Below are positions 14,311 through 26,372 of a stretch of 64,000 nt of DNA, piece by piece (the first letter of the stretch is position 1; every line of letters starts with the position of its first letter). The notes beneath the pieces were generated by a model. That model saw only the letters and a list, made by a program, of their open reading frames with translations, was not told the DNA's origin and ran no database searches. The DNA lies in contig JBNZDD010013646.1 in NCBI GenBank assembly GCA_050575255.1, forward strand, positions 2,433,229 through 2,497,228, read 5' to 3'. The stretch is from Harriotta raleighana. Lineage: Eukaryota. Made by a program: the position numbers and the translations under genes.

Positions 14311-15829
14311 TCCTGTGTAATGCTAAGAGTGAAGAACTGTAAATGCAATTACTTGTGCTCTCTCTCATACCCCTCTCCCATAGACACTTTATATCTAATT
14401 CGCTGTTGAAATTATGAATGATTCTGTCTATATAATACTTCTCTGGACAATCTGTGCCACACATACACCACTTTCAAATATATTACATTTAAATTGTTCA
14501 CCTTTCCTCTTTTGAGATTGGGAATGCGAGCCATAGTTGTAAACCTTTGACTACATCAAAGATGTTATTTGAGTCTAGCTTGGAGTCCATTAAACTTCAA
14601 TAACATCACCTATTAATCTTTTTTTCCCTGTGTAAACATTCTTATTTTCTCCAGACTCAGCGTAGTTCAGATGCTTAATCCTACAAGTCAATTTGGTCAT
14701 CCGTCACTGAACACTCTCCAGCACCAGGAAGATGTTCCCAGTTAATTCCAGAACCGTATACCAGTTACAGCTTTGCACAAAATTACTGTTGCTTCCTATC
14801 TTGCGTTATCATGCCTTTTCTGTCCAGTTAAAAAACAGAAAGTTTGTTTCCTTTACATGTCACTGTAAAAAAAAAATCCATGGCAAAAGCATATGAAAGA
14901 CCAACTTTTGCTGTTAGGAATGATTCCTAAATTTCCTTTTATTATGGAAAGTTATGCTGAATTTATAATATAAAAAACAATTAAAATAACAATTGCCAAA
15001 GACAGTAATTACATTTTCGAATGGATTTTTAAAATCAGAACTGAGATGATCTTCACTGATTAACCATGGCTTTTCACTCACTTATTCCAGTGTCAGGCTG
15101 TTTTGTCATTGACTACCAGTATGTTTTATCCAGTCAGTCAAACCAATTGCTTTGTTCTTGAAAAAACAGGTGGAAAAAATAGTTTCACAACCTTTAGAGT
15201 TCAAGATAACAGTTATTAGCAGTGTCCCAAAAACTGCATTGCTGAAAATTCAATAGTGCCGTGTATTGTAAATGCAGATTTTATTTATATTAATGACAAC
15301 CCAAACCTTAACAAACATAGACCCACTTAAATTTATAGCATGGAAGGAAGCTTGTTAGTCCATTGTGCCTCTGAAATTAGTTATGTGCCCATATTCTTTA
15401 TACAGTATTTCTGCTTTCCAACTATTCATCCAATTCACTCTTAAAAACTTGGATTCTGTCTGAACCATATATCCAAGTAGAATATTCCAATGAGGAGATA
15501 TCCATACTACTGTAATCAAAATCCGCAATGCTATCAAAAGCAAATGTATTTTAAGAATTTGCAATACTCCCTTTCGTTTCCCTATTAGATTCCATAATGA
15601 ACTTGGTAAGAATGTGCTTTCAAACTCAAAATACGATCACTACATTTTAAAGTATACAATGAAGTGCTTTGGCTGTCCTACTGATTTGAAAGACACTATA
15701 TTAAATGCAGATTTTTTTTTATTACATTACTATTAGATTTTGAGAGATTTTCAAGAGGCAGATTATTTTGGTCAACTTCTCTGTGGCATTTAGTAAAGAT
15801 TTACTGTGAGCATTCTAATATTTCTGAAA

Positions 15830-17560
15830 ATACAATACAAAATTACATTTTCACAGCACTTTTCACATTGAGAGGACTTCTCAAGGCACTGAACAGTCAG
15901 GAGTTAGGACCCAAGTCTGATGGAGGTTGGGATCAGGTTGGCTGAAAGGCAGCGAATGTATAAGGGTGGCCAAAGGCACGGTAGAAGAGAGAGAGGCAAA
16001 GTAAATGTGGACTTTCAGAGGGTGGGTATAGAGAAGCAGAAAGCTTGACTACCAATTTTGGCACAGGTCGGGCAAGGGACATGGAGTAGGCTGGAGTGAG
16101 CTGACCTGAGGGAGCAGACAGGTTGATAAGGGGTTAGTAGGTCAGAGAAGTACGATGGAGTAAGGCCATAGAGGGCCTTGAAAGTGAGGATGAGAATTTT
16201 GATCTAGATCCTCTGAGAGATTCCTTGAGGCTCGGGGAGAGAGCGGAGTCAGATGAGGGTGGGTGTGATGGGGTCACAGATCTTGGTGCGGGAGGAGTCA
16301 AGGGCTGCAGAGATCTGGATGATCTTCAGCTTGTGGAGAGATATGTTAAGAAAGACAACTAATCAGTGCATTTGCATAGTCCAACCTGGATGAAATTAAC
16401 GCATGTATGAAGGTTTTGTGGGCTGAGCGATGAGGCAGTGACAAAGTCGGGCAATGTTGCGAAGATAGGAGAAGGAAGAGTGGGTCATAGCATGAATGTG
16501 GTGAGAAAGGACAATTGATGATCGATCAAGTTGTCTAGTTTCCTGACTGACTTGGTGAGGTGATGTGGGCATCCTTGGATGCTGATGCTGTTGGTGCCTG
16601 AGGTTTGAAAGAGATAGCATGAAACAAACAGGAGGGCCTTGTTCTTGCTGATGTTTAATTCTACAAAAATTGGATCTCTTCCAGGATTTAATGCCTGACA
16701 TCAATTATACGAGAATCAAGATAGAGAGATAGAGTTGGGTGTCATGCATGTTCATGTGGAAATTGACCCCATATCTACGGAGGATGTTCACCAATAGGGA
16801 GTATGCATATGTTGAAGAGAGGACTGAGTATGGAGCCCTGACGAAAACCATGTGAGATAGTACAGTTATCTTTCGAAAGAACGGCACTCGGAAGAATGGC
16901 ACATTCGAGCTAATGGCATTTCTGAAAAGCCCTCCTTTTTCAAAATGCCACTGACGCATGGCAACAGAGAGCTTCATAGCAACATACAGTAGGTATATAT
17001 ATATATATTATAAATACATTTATATAAATACATAGCACATGTAATACAAATACATAATATGCTGTAAATAGCATGTAAATTACTTCTTTTTTAGAAAACA
17101 AACCTTATTCCACCTTTTGATTTTGTGCAATTGTACTTAATTTCTCCCCTGTTTCTAGCCCCATCTTTTAGAATCTAACCTAAATTTCCTGCTTGCAGCC
17201 TGATGTTCTGTCCATTTCCTTGTCCTTCTCTTAAAGTAAAAACAGCAGTCTCCGCTCTGTCACGGCATCTAGTGTCTGCGGAGACTGCTGCTTTTGCTTT
17301 AATCGTCATCTGAACAGGAAGCTAGGTTAATCAAATATCCTTTTACCTCTGAGTGGGGTAGTATTGCGGAGTGAAATGTTTCGGGCTGCTAGCGTTTCCT
17401 CACCGTAAATGCAAGTACTGTATGTCACTCTTGAGATAACGGAAAATTTGAAAGAACAGCACAACTCGATCCCCGAGGATGCCGTTCTTCCGAAAGTTTA
17501 CTGTACGGGGCTGGAATAGAAGCCTTCTGTGGAGACAAAGTGGAGCTGGTGTGAGTGATA
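15830..17560 (-). mobile_element. L2 LINE fragment interrupted by the family C DNA transposon
   Basis: Minus-strand ILRRYGVNFHM..DTQLY and LRNIARL. L2 tail at about 15830-15895. Confidence 0.8.
16863..17503. mobile_element. Non-autonomous Tigger/pogo-type element (family C) inserted in an L2 RT region
   Basis: TIRs cagttatctttcgaaagaacggca / tgccgttcttccgaaagtttactg with TA TSD. L2 sequence resumes after 17504. Confidence 0.8.
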
Positions 17561-17762
17561 GTATCTGAGAACTTAGTCTTGAACCATAATGTTAAAAGTT
17601 AAGATGATGCAGAATTTTGGAAAAATTCAGGCTTAATTCAGAAAGTGTTTTTCAGCAAATCTTAAAATAAATTTGCTCTTTTCACCGGACCCGTGTGTTT
17701 TATGACTTTATTTGTTCTCTTGGGATTCCACATCCAAGAGACAATTGTGCCCAGTGAAATGG

Positions 17763-18210
17763 AGAATCATAGAATTATACAGCAAAGAAGAAGGCCATTC
17801 AGCCCACTGTGCTGGCTTTTTGAGTGGAGCTATCCAAAGCAATCCCAATTTCATGCTCTCTCCCCATAGCCCTGCATACCTGTCCTCTCCAAATATCTGT
17901 CTACTTCTCTCTTAAAAGTTGAAACGTTGTTATTGAATTGGCATCCACCCACCCTTTCAGGCAATGCATTCCAGATTGGAACAATAGGCTGCATGAAAAA
18001 AATATTCCTCACTTCCCCTCTGTTTCTTTCAACAACTATTTTAAATCAGTGTCCTCTGGTTACTGACCCTCTCCTGATCACAGAAGCCCTCGTATCTGGT
18101 ATCATTCTGGTAAATCTCCTTTGCACCCTCTCCAATGTCTTCACATCCTTCTGAAGTCTAGTGCCCAGAGCTGGACAGACTCTCTAGTTGAGATCTAATC
18201 AGTGTTTTAT
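17763..18210 (-). mobile_element. CR1-type LINE 3' fragment
   Basis: gaatcatagaa...aaggccattcagccc and ctggtaaatctcctttgcaccctctccaa (ERVQRRFTR on the minus strand). Confidence 0.8.
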
Positions 18211-18214
18211 AATA

Positions 18215-19000
18215 CAGTATATTATTTTTATCCAGCACCCATGGAACCTGGCCAATAGCGGTTAAACGTTTTTCCGGTTGAACGGATTTTTAAAAAAAAC
18301 ATTTTTTAATTAAAAAAAATTATTTTAACACATACCATATTAATAATAGTCTAAATAACAACAGAATATTGTATTAGTACTTCTATTTATACTCAACTTT
18401 GCAATCGCAGCCCTCAAATCGACCAAAGTAGCAACTTCTGAGTTTTAATAGCTTTGATAAGCATCACTATGCGTGAGTTTCCATTAACAAATACAAACGA
18501 CCTAGGTAAGAAAAACCACGACTTTTTCTCTCTCTGTCTCTCTCTTTCTCTCTTTGTGTTCTCTCTCTGTGTATTTGTGTGTCTCTCTTTCTATCTGGGT
18601 ATGTGCCTCTCTGTCTCTCTGTCTGTCTACGTGTCTGTGTGTGTCTCTAACTCTCTGTGTCTCCCTCCCTCTCTGTATCTGAGTGTGTGTCTCTGTCTCT
18701 CTCTGTGTCTGCGTGTGTGTGTCTCTCTATCTGTGGTCTGTTTCTTTGTCTGTGTGTGTGTGAACCTCTCTGTGTGTCTCACCTAAAAATGGCTGCTGCC
18801 CAGGGTTCTGAGCGTCTCACCAGTTTAGACATGCCTAGTGGCTAACCGCGAGTACTGCACTCGCTTGCAATAGTCCATTCATTAAACCCGTCATCACTAT
18901 TTGCCGGATAATTTACGGTTAATTGAATCGGGACTTTTTTTAGGTGGCGATTGAACAGGTTTTCCGGTTCATCGAGTCACGGATAAACAAGGTTTTACTG
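18215..19000 (-). mobile_element. Family A Tigger-type element, reverse orientation
   Basis: Ends cagtatattattttatcc... and ...ggataaacaaggttttactg, TA-flanked. CT/GT microsatellite interior. Confidence 0.8.
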
Positions 19001-19739
19001 TAATAGCTTTACTCACCTCTGCAGAGTAGCGCTAGTCTCCTCTACCTAGAACCTGGTAGCAGAATGGTTGTTCAAGGTCTGGTACTTTCAAAAGATCCAA
19101 GAGGACATAGGACCGACAATCAAGCACCCTACTGTGTCATCTGCTCAGTAAAAAACAGCTCCAATTGATTTCACACTAACATTTTACAATTGACACCATC
19201 ATCAACAGTTTCCTTGAAGCACCGCAGTATATGGGATGTATAAATAGTTTGTGGAAATGCCATTGCTGCGGGGCCTGAGAATATGTTTTTTCATCAGGAT
19301 TTATATGCATAGCAATGTTCCCAGACAAAATCAAATGCAGAACAGCCAGATGCATGACAGTGTTGCACTGTCAAACATTTTGCTTAAGATTCAGTCATTT
19401 TTTTGTCATTAGTCGATGGGTTCAGAAAACCTTGCACATTTGTGCATAATTGTTTTAATGCCTTGCCAAAGGCCATTCTATCAAAAGCTTCATGGACTAA
19501 TATGTGTTAATAATAACCACTGCAGACATCTAATGCTTCAAATCATACTGATAGTTTAATTAGGCATTAACAAGAAAGAACATAACAAGATCCTGAATAA
19601 AATATGTCCTAAACCTCCTTAATTTTGGTGTTATTTCACATTTCAGGCTGAAGTAATTTGATTCAGGACATTTTATTTCTTCTTCATTTCTTCTTCCATT
19701 TAACGGAAATTCACACTATTGACTAAGGTAATTAGTAAG

Positions 19740-21645
19740 TCGGGTGAGAATAGGGTCACAGAGTTTGGAACGGTAGAGGACATGGGCCGCAGAGTTCTGG
19801 ATTATTTGCAGCCTGTGCAGGGAGGAATTGGGAGGCTAACAAGCAGAGCATTTGCATAGTTGAGCGGGGATGTAATGAAGGAGTGTCTGAGGGTTTCAGC
19901 GGCTTGGGGTGAGGTAATAGCGGAATCGGGCAATATTGCGGAGGTGATAAANATAAGGAGTTTGGTGTGGGTAAACACTCGTTTTCTGAGAAACCTGGTA
20001 AAGGTATTGGCTCTAGGATACACTTAGGTAGGGTAGTAAATAGTGAGGAGGACTGTAACCAACTGCAAGCAGACATACACAGAATGGTGGAATGGGCTGA
20101 CATGTTGCAGATGGATTGCAATGTGGATCAGTGTGAGGTCATACACTTAGGTAGGAAAAGTGATAGGAGGTAATATAGGCTTGGTAGCTCAATCTGAACG
20201 TACAGAGAGATTTAGGTGTTCAAGTAAGCGAATCATTAAAGGTAGCAGGGCAGGTAGATAAGGCAGTAAAAAAGGCATTTGGTGTACTGAGCTTTATTAG
20301 TAGGGGCANNNNNNNNNNNNNNNNNNNNNNNNNNNNNNNNNNNNNNNNNNNNNNNNNNNNNNNNNNNNNNNNNNNNNNNNNNNNNNNNNNNNNNNNNNNN
20401 NNNNNNNNNNNNNNNNNNNNNNNNNNNNNNNNNNNNNNNNNNNNNNNNNNNNNNNNNNNNNNNNNNNNNNNNNNNNNNNNNNNNNNNNNNNNNNNNNNNN
20501 NNNNNNNNNNNNNNNNNNNNNNNNNNNTTTTACTGTAATAGCTTTACTCACCTCTGCAGAGTAGCGCTAGTCTCCTCTACCTAGAACCTGGTAGCAGAAT
20601 GGTTGTTCAAGGTCTGGTACTTTCAAAAGATCCAAGAGGACATAGGACCGACAATCAAGCACCCTACTGTGTCATCTGCTCAGTAAAAAACAGCTCCAAT
20701 TGATTCCACACTAACATTTTACAATTGACACCATCATCAACAGTTTCCTTGAAGCACCGCAGTATATGGATGTATAAATAGTTTGTGGAAATGCCATTGC
20801 TGCGGGGCCTGAGAATATGTTTTTTCATCAGGATTTATATGCATAGCAATGTTCCCAGACAAAATCAAATGCAGAACAGCCAGATGCATGACAGTGTTGC
20901 ACTGTCAAACATTTTGCTTAAGNGAATGATCTGCCTGAAAGGGTAGTGAGGTCCGATTCGATAGCAGCTTTTAAGAGAAAACTGGATAGATATCTGGGGA
21001 AGACGGGTTTGCAGGGTTATGGGGAGAAAGCTGGTGATTGGGGTTAATAAAAGTGACATTGCTCTGTCAAAGAGCCGGCACAGACTCGATGGGCCGAATG
21101 GCCTCCTTCTGTGCTGTAACCTTCTATGATTCTATGAAGAGATTGAGTGTGTAACCATGGAAGTTGTTGCTGCCAATGCCTGATGCACTGGTATGAGCCA
21201 ATCAGTATTGCCTCTGACTTGTTGACATTCAACCTCAGAAAGTTACCTCTCATCTAGGTCTTGATGTCTGACAGACAGTTTGTCAGGACAGTGGTAGTCC
21301 TGGAGTCGACGGTAGAGACAGAGAANCTTCTATGATTCTATGAAGAGATTGAGTGTGTAACCATGGAAGTTGTTGCTGCCAATGCCTGATGCACTGGTAT
21401 GAGCCAATCAGTATTGCCTCTGACTTGTTGACATTCAACCTCAGAAAGTTACCTCTCATCTAGGTCTTGATGTCTGACAGACAGTTTGTCAGGACAGTGG
21501 TAGTCCTGGAGTCGACGGTAGAGACAGAGAAATAGAGTTGGATGTCATCCGCATACATGTGGAAGTTAACCCCATGTCTGCGGATGATGTCACTAAATGG
21601 GAGCATGGAGATGTTGAAAAGTAAACGGGTAAGGACAGAGCCCTT
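19740..21645 (-). mobile_element. L2 fragment (minus) split by a plus-strand CR1 insertion (about 19990-21135) that spans an assembly gap
   Basis: L2 IIRRHGVNFHMYADDIQLY at 21460-21669 and LNYANALL at about 19850. CR1 LQADIHRMVEWAD..CEVIHLG and tail ttctatgattctatg at 21122-21136. Confidence 0.75.
20309..20527. other. Assembly gap
   Basis: Run of N. Confidence 1.
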
Positions 21646-22914
21646 AAATATGTTGGGAAGACATCTCAAACTGCTTCAATGGATATACTGTACTGTAAAG
21701 TGCAGTGATTACCATAGATAATTTGCCCACAGCAATATGTCACAGATAGCTTTGAAGTGAATGGTCACTTTTTTACAAGAAAAGCTCCTTCTAGTTCATA
21801 ATGCAGGTCCATAAATACCTTCTGCCTCTTCCCTTCTTAATGGGGTCTAAATTGTGGGGCTGTAACTTCTATCTCAATTTTGATTTACATGAGTTTTGGG
21901 GTTCGAATGGTTAAAAGTGACAACTCCCGAATTCATGATTTCCTGCTCTTTTTCCAATCCCTGCAAAGTAGTTCTCAGTGACATGAATTTGTACTTTGCT
22001 ATCGTATACTTCCCTACTTCAGTCTTTTCTTCCTCTGGTAATCTACACACAGTTTAAGTTCCAACTTTGGTGGGTCATTAAACAGTCTATTTTGATTTAT
22101 ATATTATTTTTTTCAATTCAACCTGGATAGCAAACCCTGTTTTACGGGTATTGGATCCTCACCTAGATTTTTCCTCTGAGAAAATATGAAAATCCTTATT
22201 CTCTATTGCAATATTTCCCTTCTGATATTGCCTCATTTTGATTCATTTACTTTCAGAGAATTTAGCCCCATGACTGCAATAATTTAGCAATCTGATCAAG
22301 TTTTCGTTGATCATGTCTCCTATCTTAATTATATTATGCAAAATAGCTATGATAAATACAGTAGATATCTTCTAAATTACATAGACCAGTGAATAGTTAT
22401 AGTTATACCTGACCACTGCTTGACCATAGTACAACTGAGAGATGAAATTCAATATATTCACTGCAAAACGGGAAAAACTACAAATAAACACTAAACCTGA
22501 GACTCTTAGAGCAAGACAACATTTAAAAAACAAGTTTTACTTGTGAAAGTAATTTCATTCTATAATGCAGCAGAGAAATTCCTTGAGGGATATTGGTGAC
22601 AAAAGGCAGTGCTAGAAAAGACAAGTGATGATCCTTCATCATTATTATTATGAGATTCTGCTAAAATACGCTACAGCAGTGATAACCTTGATTTGTCTGT
22701 TGCAATAAATGGCTCCATTACTTTGATTAAGCACCTTAGCCTCCAGCCTTGGCACTTAATGAATGCAGGGACCATTTACTGACAGACGGAAGTTATATGT
22801 TAAATATACCCGCAGCATTTGAGACACTAGGTGCAGCCTGAGAGAAAAGCAGCACAGAGAGGGAATGTGAAATAATACAGCTACAATCATCTTATTCCTA
22901 TGAGTTAAAACAGC

Positions 22915-23170
22915 AATAACAACAACAACAAAAGTACATTTCTGTAGAGCCATTCAGCTCAGGAGGACGTCCTAAGGCACTGGACTGTCAATGTTTCAAA
23001 CCGAGCTGGGGTCGGAATTGGGGAGGGTGGAGAGAAGAATGGGGAAGTGGGAGGTGGGGGTTGACCTATGCCATGATTGAAGAGGAGCGTCTTGAGGCGG
23101 GTCTTGAAGGAGGCTAGGGAGGGAGCAAGACAAAGGGATTGCGGGATGGAATTCCAAAATTTGGCAGTAG
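22915..23170 (-). mobile_element. L2 3' end
   Basis: WNSIPQSL..SFKTRLKTLLF on the minus strand, with an (aac)n tail. Confidence 0.8.
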
Positions 23171-23789
23171 GCATGGAGCAATACGCACCAAGCTTAAGGT
23201 GAGAGTTGTGCATGGATGAGATCTAGCCCATGTGTTCTATTTTGTCAGACCATAATAACAATGGCAAGGTAAGTGGTTTTAGCTGGTTAAACTCTGGCAA
23301 TACTCCAAAGCACAACAACATCTTGCACTTATATAGTGACCTCCACACGGAGAAGCATCTAAGAGCACTTAAACCCCAACCCTAAGCCAACGTTTACCTG
23401 ATACTTTCTTGAATTAAATAAGCAAGATGCATTCCTTTTGGGAGAAAATACACTTTCCCTTCCAACAACCTGTATCTGGAATTTCCATGTGTATGTGGGA
23501 TATATGGCTTGGATTTGAATACTCTTAAACATGATGTTGGATTTCCAGGCATGCTATTATTGTGGAATGCAATGCTTCTTTGCATGTTGGGACAGCATCA
23601 AACACTTCCAACTCAAATGCAACATAATGGAATATTGGAATGAGTGCTGCTACCCTCTGCAAGGAGATGTTTTCATTGCAATCAGGGAGTCTTTCAACTT
23701 AATACTTAGGTCTTGGAGTGACCTGAACTTTTCTCTTCAATGTACGTTTTCTGACCTGGATCAGCCCAAATGGGGAGAAGCCCACAATA

Positions 23790-24325
23790 CTCAAAATACT
23801 GCAGATGCTGCAAATCTGAAACAAAAATAAAACACTTGGAACACTCAGCAGGGTCAGGCAGCATCTATAGAGAAAGGAAAGTGAGTCAACGTTTTGGGTC
23901 CACAATGAGGTGTGGTCTGCTTCCAGCAAAGCAGGAAGACCCTCCCATCCCTTCTACCATACTCAGTCTTTATACAATCACCTAATCCCTCCCCTCTTCT
24001 GTGAACATTACCAGTTCCCAGACACAACTTTTCTCTCTTTGGTCTGCCCTTTCTATTACAATTCCCCCCTTTTTGTTTTGTATTATTAACACCTCTTCTC
24101 TTCCATTTTAAATGGATTGTTGCAATCCCCTCACTTTGTATTGCACCATCTACTACATTTTCTCCTGTGTCTCCCTTGCCCTGCTTCTCTCCTCTCTGTT
24201 ATTCTTTAAAAGACCCTCTCTCCCACATGTCTCAGTTCTGAAGAAGGGTCATGGATCCGAAACATTGACTCCCTTTGCTTTCTCTCCTGATCTGCTGAGT
24301 TTTCCCAGCAATTTCTGCTTTTGTT
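23790..24325 (+). mobile_element. Penelope-like element 3' fragment with an inverted terminal copy and a minimal hammerhead motif
   Basis: 23790-23900 (aaatactgcagatgctg...ctcagcagggtcaggcagcatct...gagtcaacgtttt) is an imperfect inverted copy of 24238-24325. The motif CTGAAGA-stem-GAAAC is at 24238-24263. Confidence 0.7.
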
Positions 24326-25899
24326 TGGGAAGTCCACAATTCTTTGTACAGTGTCTACCATCCATCTAGCAAGGGCTCATTCCAGACTGTTAGTAGTTTA
24401 GTGTAGTGTATAACACTAACCTGATAAGGTTTGAGAGGTAATGAAGGTGGGGGATGTGGAAAGTGAAGACAATATGAAATTGCATTACTGAAGCGGAACA
24501 AGCCGTATTCTGTTTCTGAACACTTTGCAATTAATTTAGGATACATAGAATTGGTGCAAACAGTGAAAAAAATGATTCATTTCCACAAACTAACATTTCT
24601 GGTCTCCATGAGCACATAGTTGAACACAAATAGCTTTTTTACAAGATAAATATGATTTGCTTTTAGTGGATACCTGTATCCACTTTTCTACTATGGCCCA
24701 AGAAAGACATTATGGGGTTTTATTGTTAATATTGTGACAGTGAGCAATGATAATATGATTCTGCATTATAATATATGCCAATGTTTAATAAACTTATAAA
24801 CCATTAAGAGAAATATTATATTAGTATATTTACAGTACTAGCAAGAGTCAAAACAATAGCTTGCATCAATTTCTTCAGAATGTTTAAAATCCAGAGTTGA
24901 TTTTATTTTGATTATGAATGTTGACAGGGTTCCCAGTAAATGTAGGCTACTGTTACAGGTTTGAATAGTGATATTGGAGTGACTCTAGGGATAAGAATAA
25001 TACAGAAAATAAATTGTGTAAGTTTGTAAAAGAATGCAGAGATGAATCTGCAATTCTCCAAGGGATAATTTCCCATTTGCTATAAACTAAAGTCATTTGA
25101 ATGTCAGTTCACAAGCATGAGACTTTAAAGTAATTTTTTTTAAAAAAAATGGTGTTCCATCCACCCTCCAAAAAATTAATGTTGATATTTTACAAACATG
25201 TACAGTAAATAACAGTTCAAATAAAGATTGAGCATATGAGCTGCTGAACCAATCACTCGATACAATGCTTATTTCATCCTCAAAGGAGTACAGCTGATGT
25301 GGAAGACACATACCAATGAAACCTTTAACAAGGAAAAAATAGCAGAAAATGAATAGCGCTCTCACATTCGCCTGACCTCCACATCAGTGGAAACGCAACA
25401 GCGTCAAGTTTCGGAATTCTCTGCCTTAATGCTGTTCAGTTAAACAGTGTATTAAATGCATGCTTTTCATGCTCTGTTTCATAAACCCAAAGAATGACCT
25501 TTTTCTCGATAACCCTGAGTGCTGATGCTCTTTGAAGCTACTGGTTCACTGAACAAGTTGATAATAAATGTAGAAACAGGCCAAAGCTACTTTTCGGAAG
25601 TGAAGCTTCGCTCTGTCATTTTATACCCAGACTTAATGCATGGTGAGCTTCAGTTCTTCCAGTTTGGGAGAGGGGTGGAGTGCAGACTCATTATTTACCT
25701 TCAGGGCGTCTCATTCACCTCATGGTGACCAGCTGCAGAATAGCTCACTAAGGTTGCTTAAATGTCCTATAGCAATGATATAAGCAGTGACCTTTTAAAT
25801 TATGAAGGGTTATGATAATGTTAATAGATTATTTGACTGTTCATCAAGTCAGTAACAAGAATCAATATGTTTAAAATGGATTTTTAAAAACTGTTTAAA

Positions 25900-26372
25900 A
25901 TGGAAATTTACAACACAGAGGTAGGCCATTTGGGCTATCAAATCAGCGCTGGCAGTTTGAAAGATAAATTCATTCCATAACATTTACCTGCATTTCCTAA
26001 TATCCCTGAAAATTATTGTTCTTTAGACATCTCTCCAGTTTCCTCTTGATGGATCTTGCCTCGACCACTGCATCTGGTATGGCATTTCCACATCCTATTA
26101 ACTCGCTATGTAAAAAAATCCTTCTAATCTCCCTTGTTAATGAATTTAAATTGATGCTCTCCAGATATTGACTCACCAACCAGTTGAAATAATTGCTCCC
26201 TATCTACTTGATCAAACCCCTTACAATCTCAAAGGTTTCCATCAGGAATCCTATCAAACTTCTCTGTTCCACTGAAAATTGGTCAAGTTTCTTCAGTGAC
26301 ATCTCATAGGTCAAACCACTCATAGCATGTATCATCCTAGTAAATCTTCTCTGCACTCTCTCTAAAGTCGTG
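25900..26372 (-). mobile_element. CR1-type LINE 3' fragment
   Basis: Minus-strand LERVQRRFTRMI..GLTYE..L and DAVVEARS. Confidence 0.8.

Noticed and set aside
18454-18845. Hydrophobic Leu/Ser/Val/Cys ORFs (also 7989-8180, 11283-11638, 49181-49543)
   Set aside because: Translations of CT, GT and GA microsatellites.
23249-23268. 20-nt micro-exon candidate with a strong donor (aag|gtaagt)
   Set aside because: There is no partner exon or other support. Such sites arise by chance in 64 kb.
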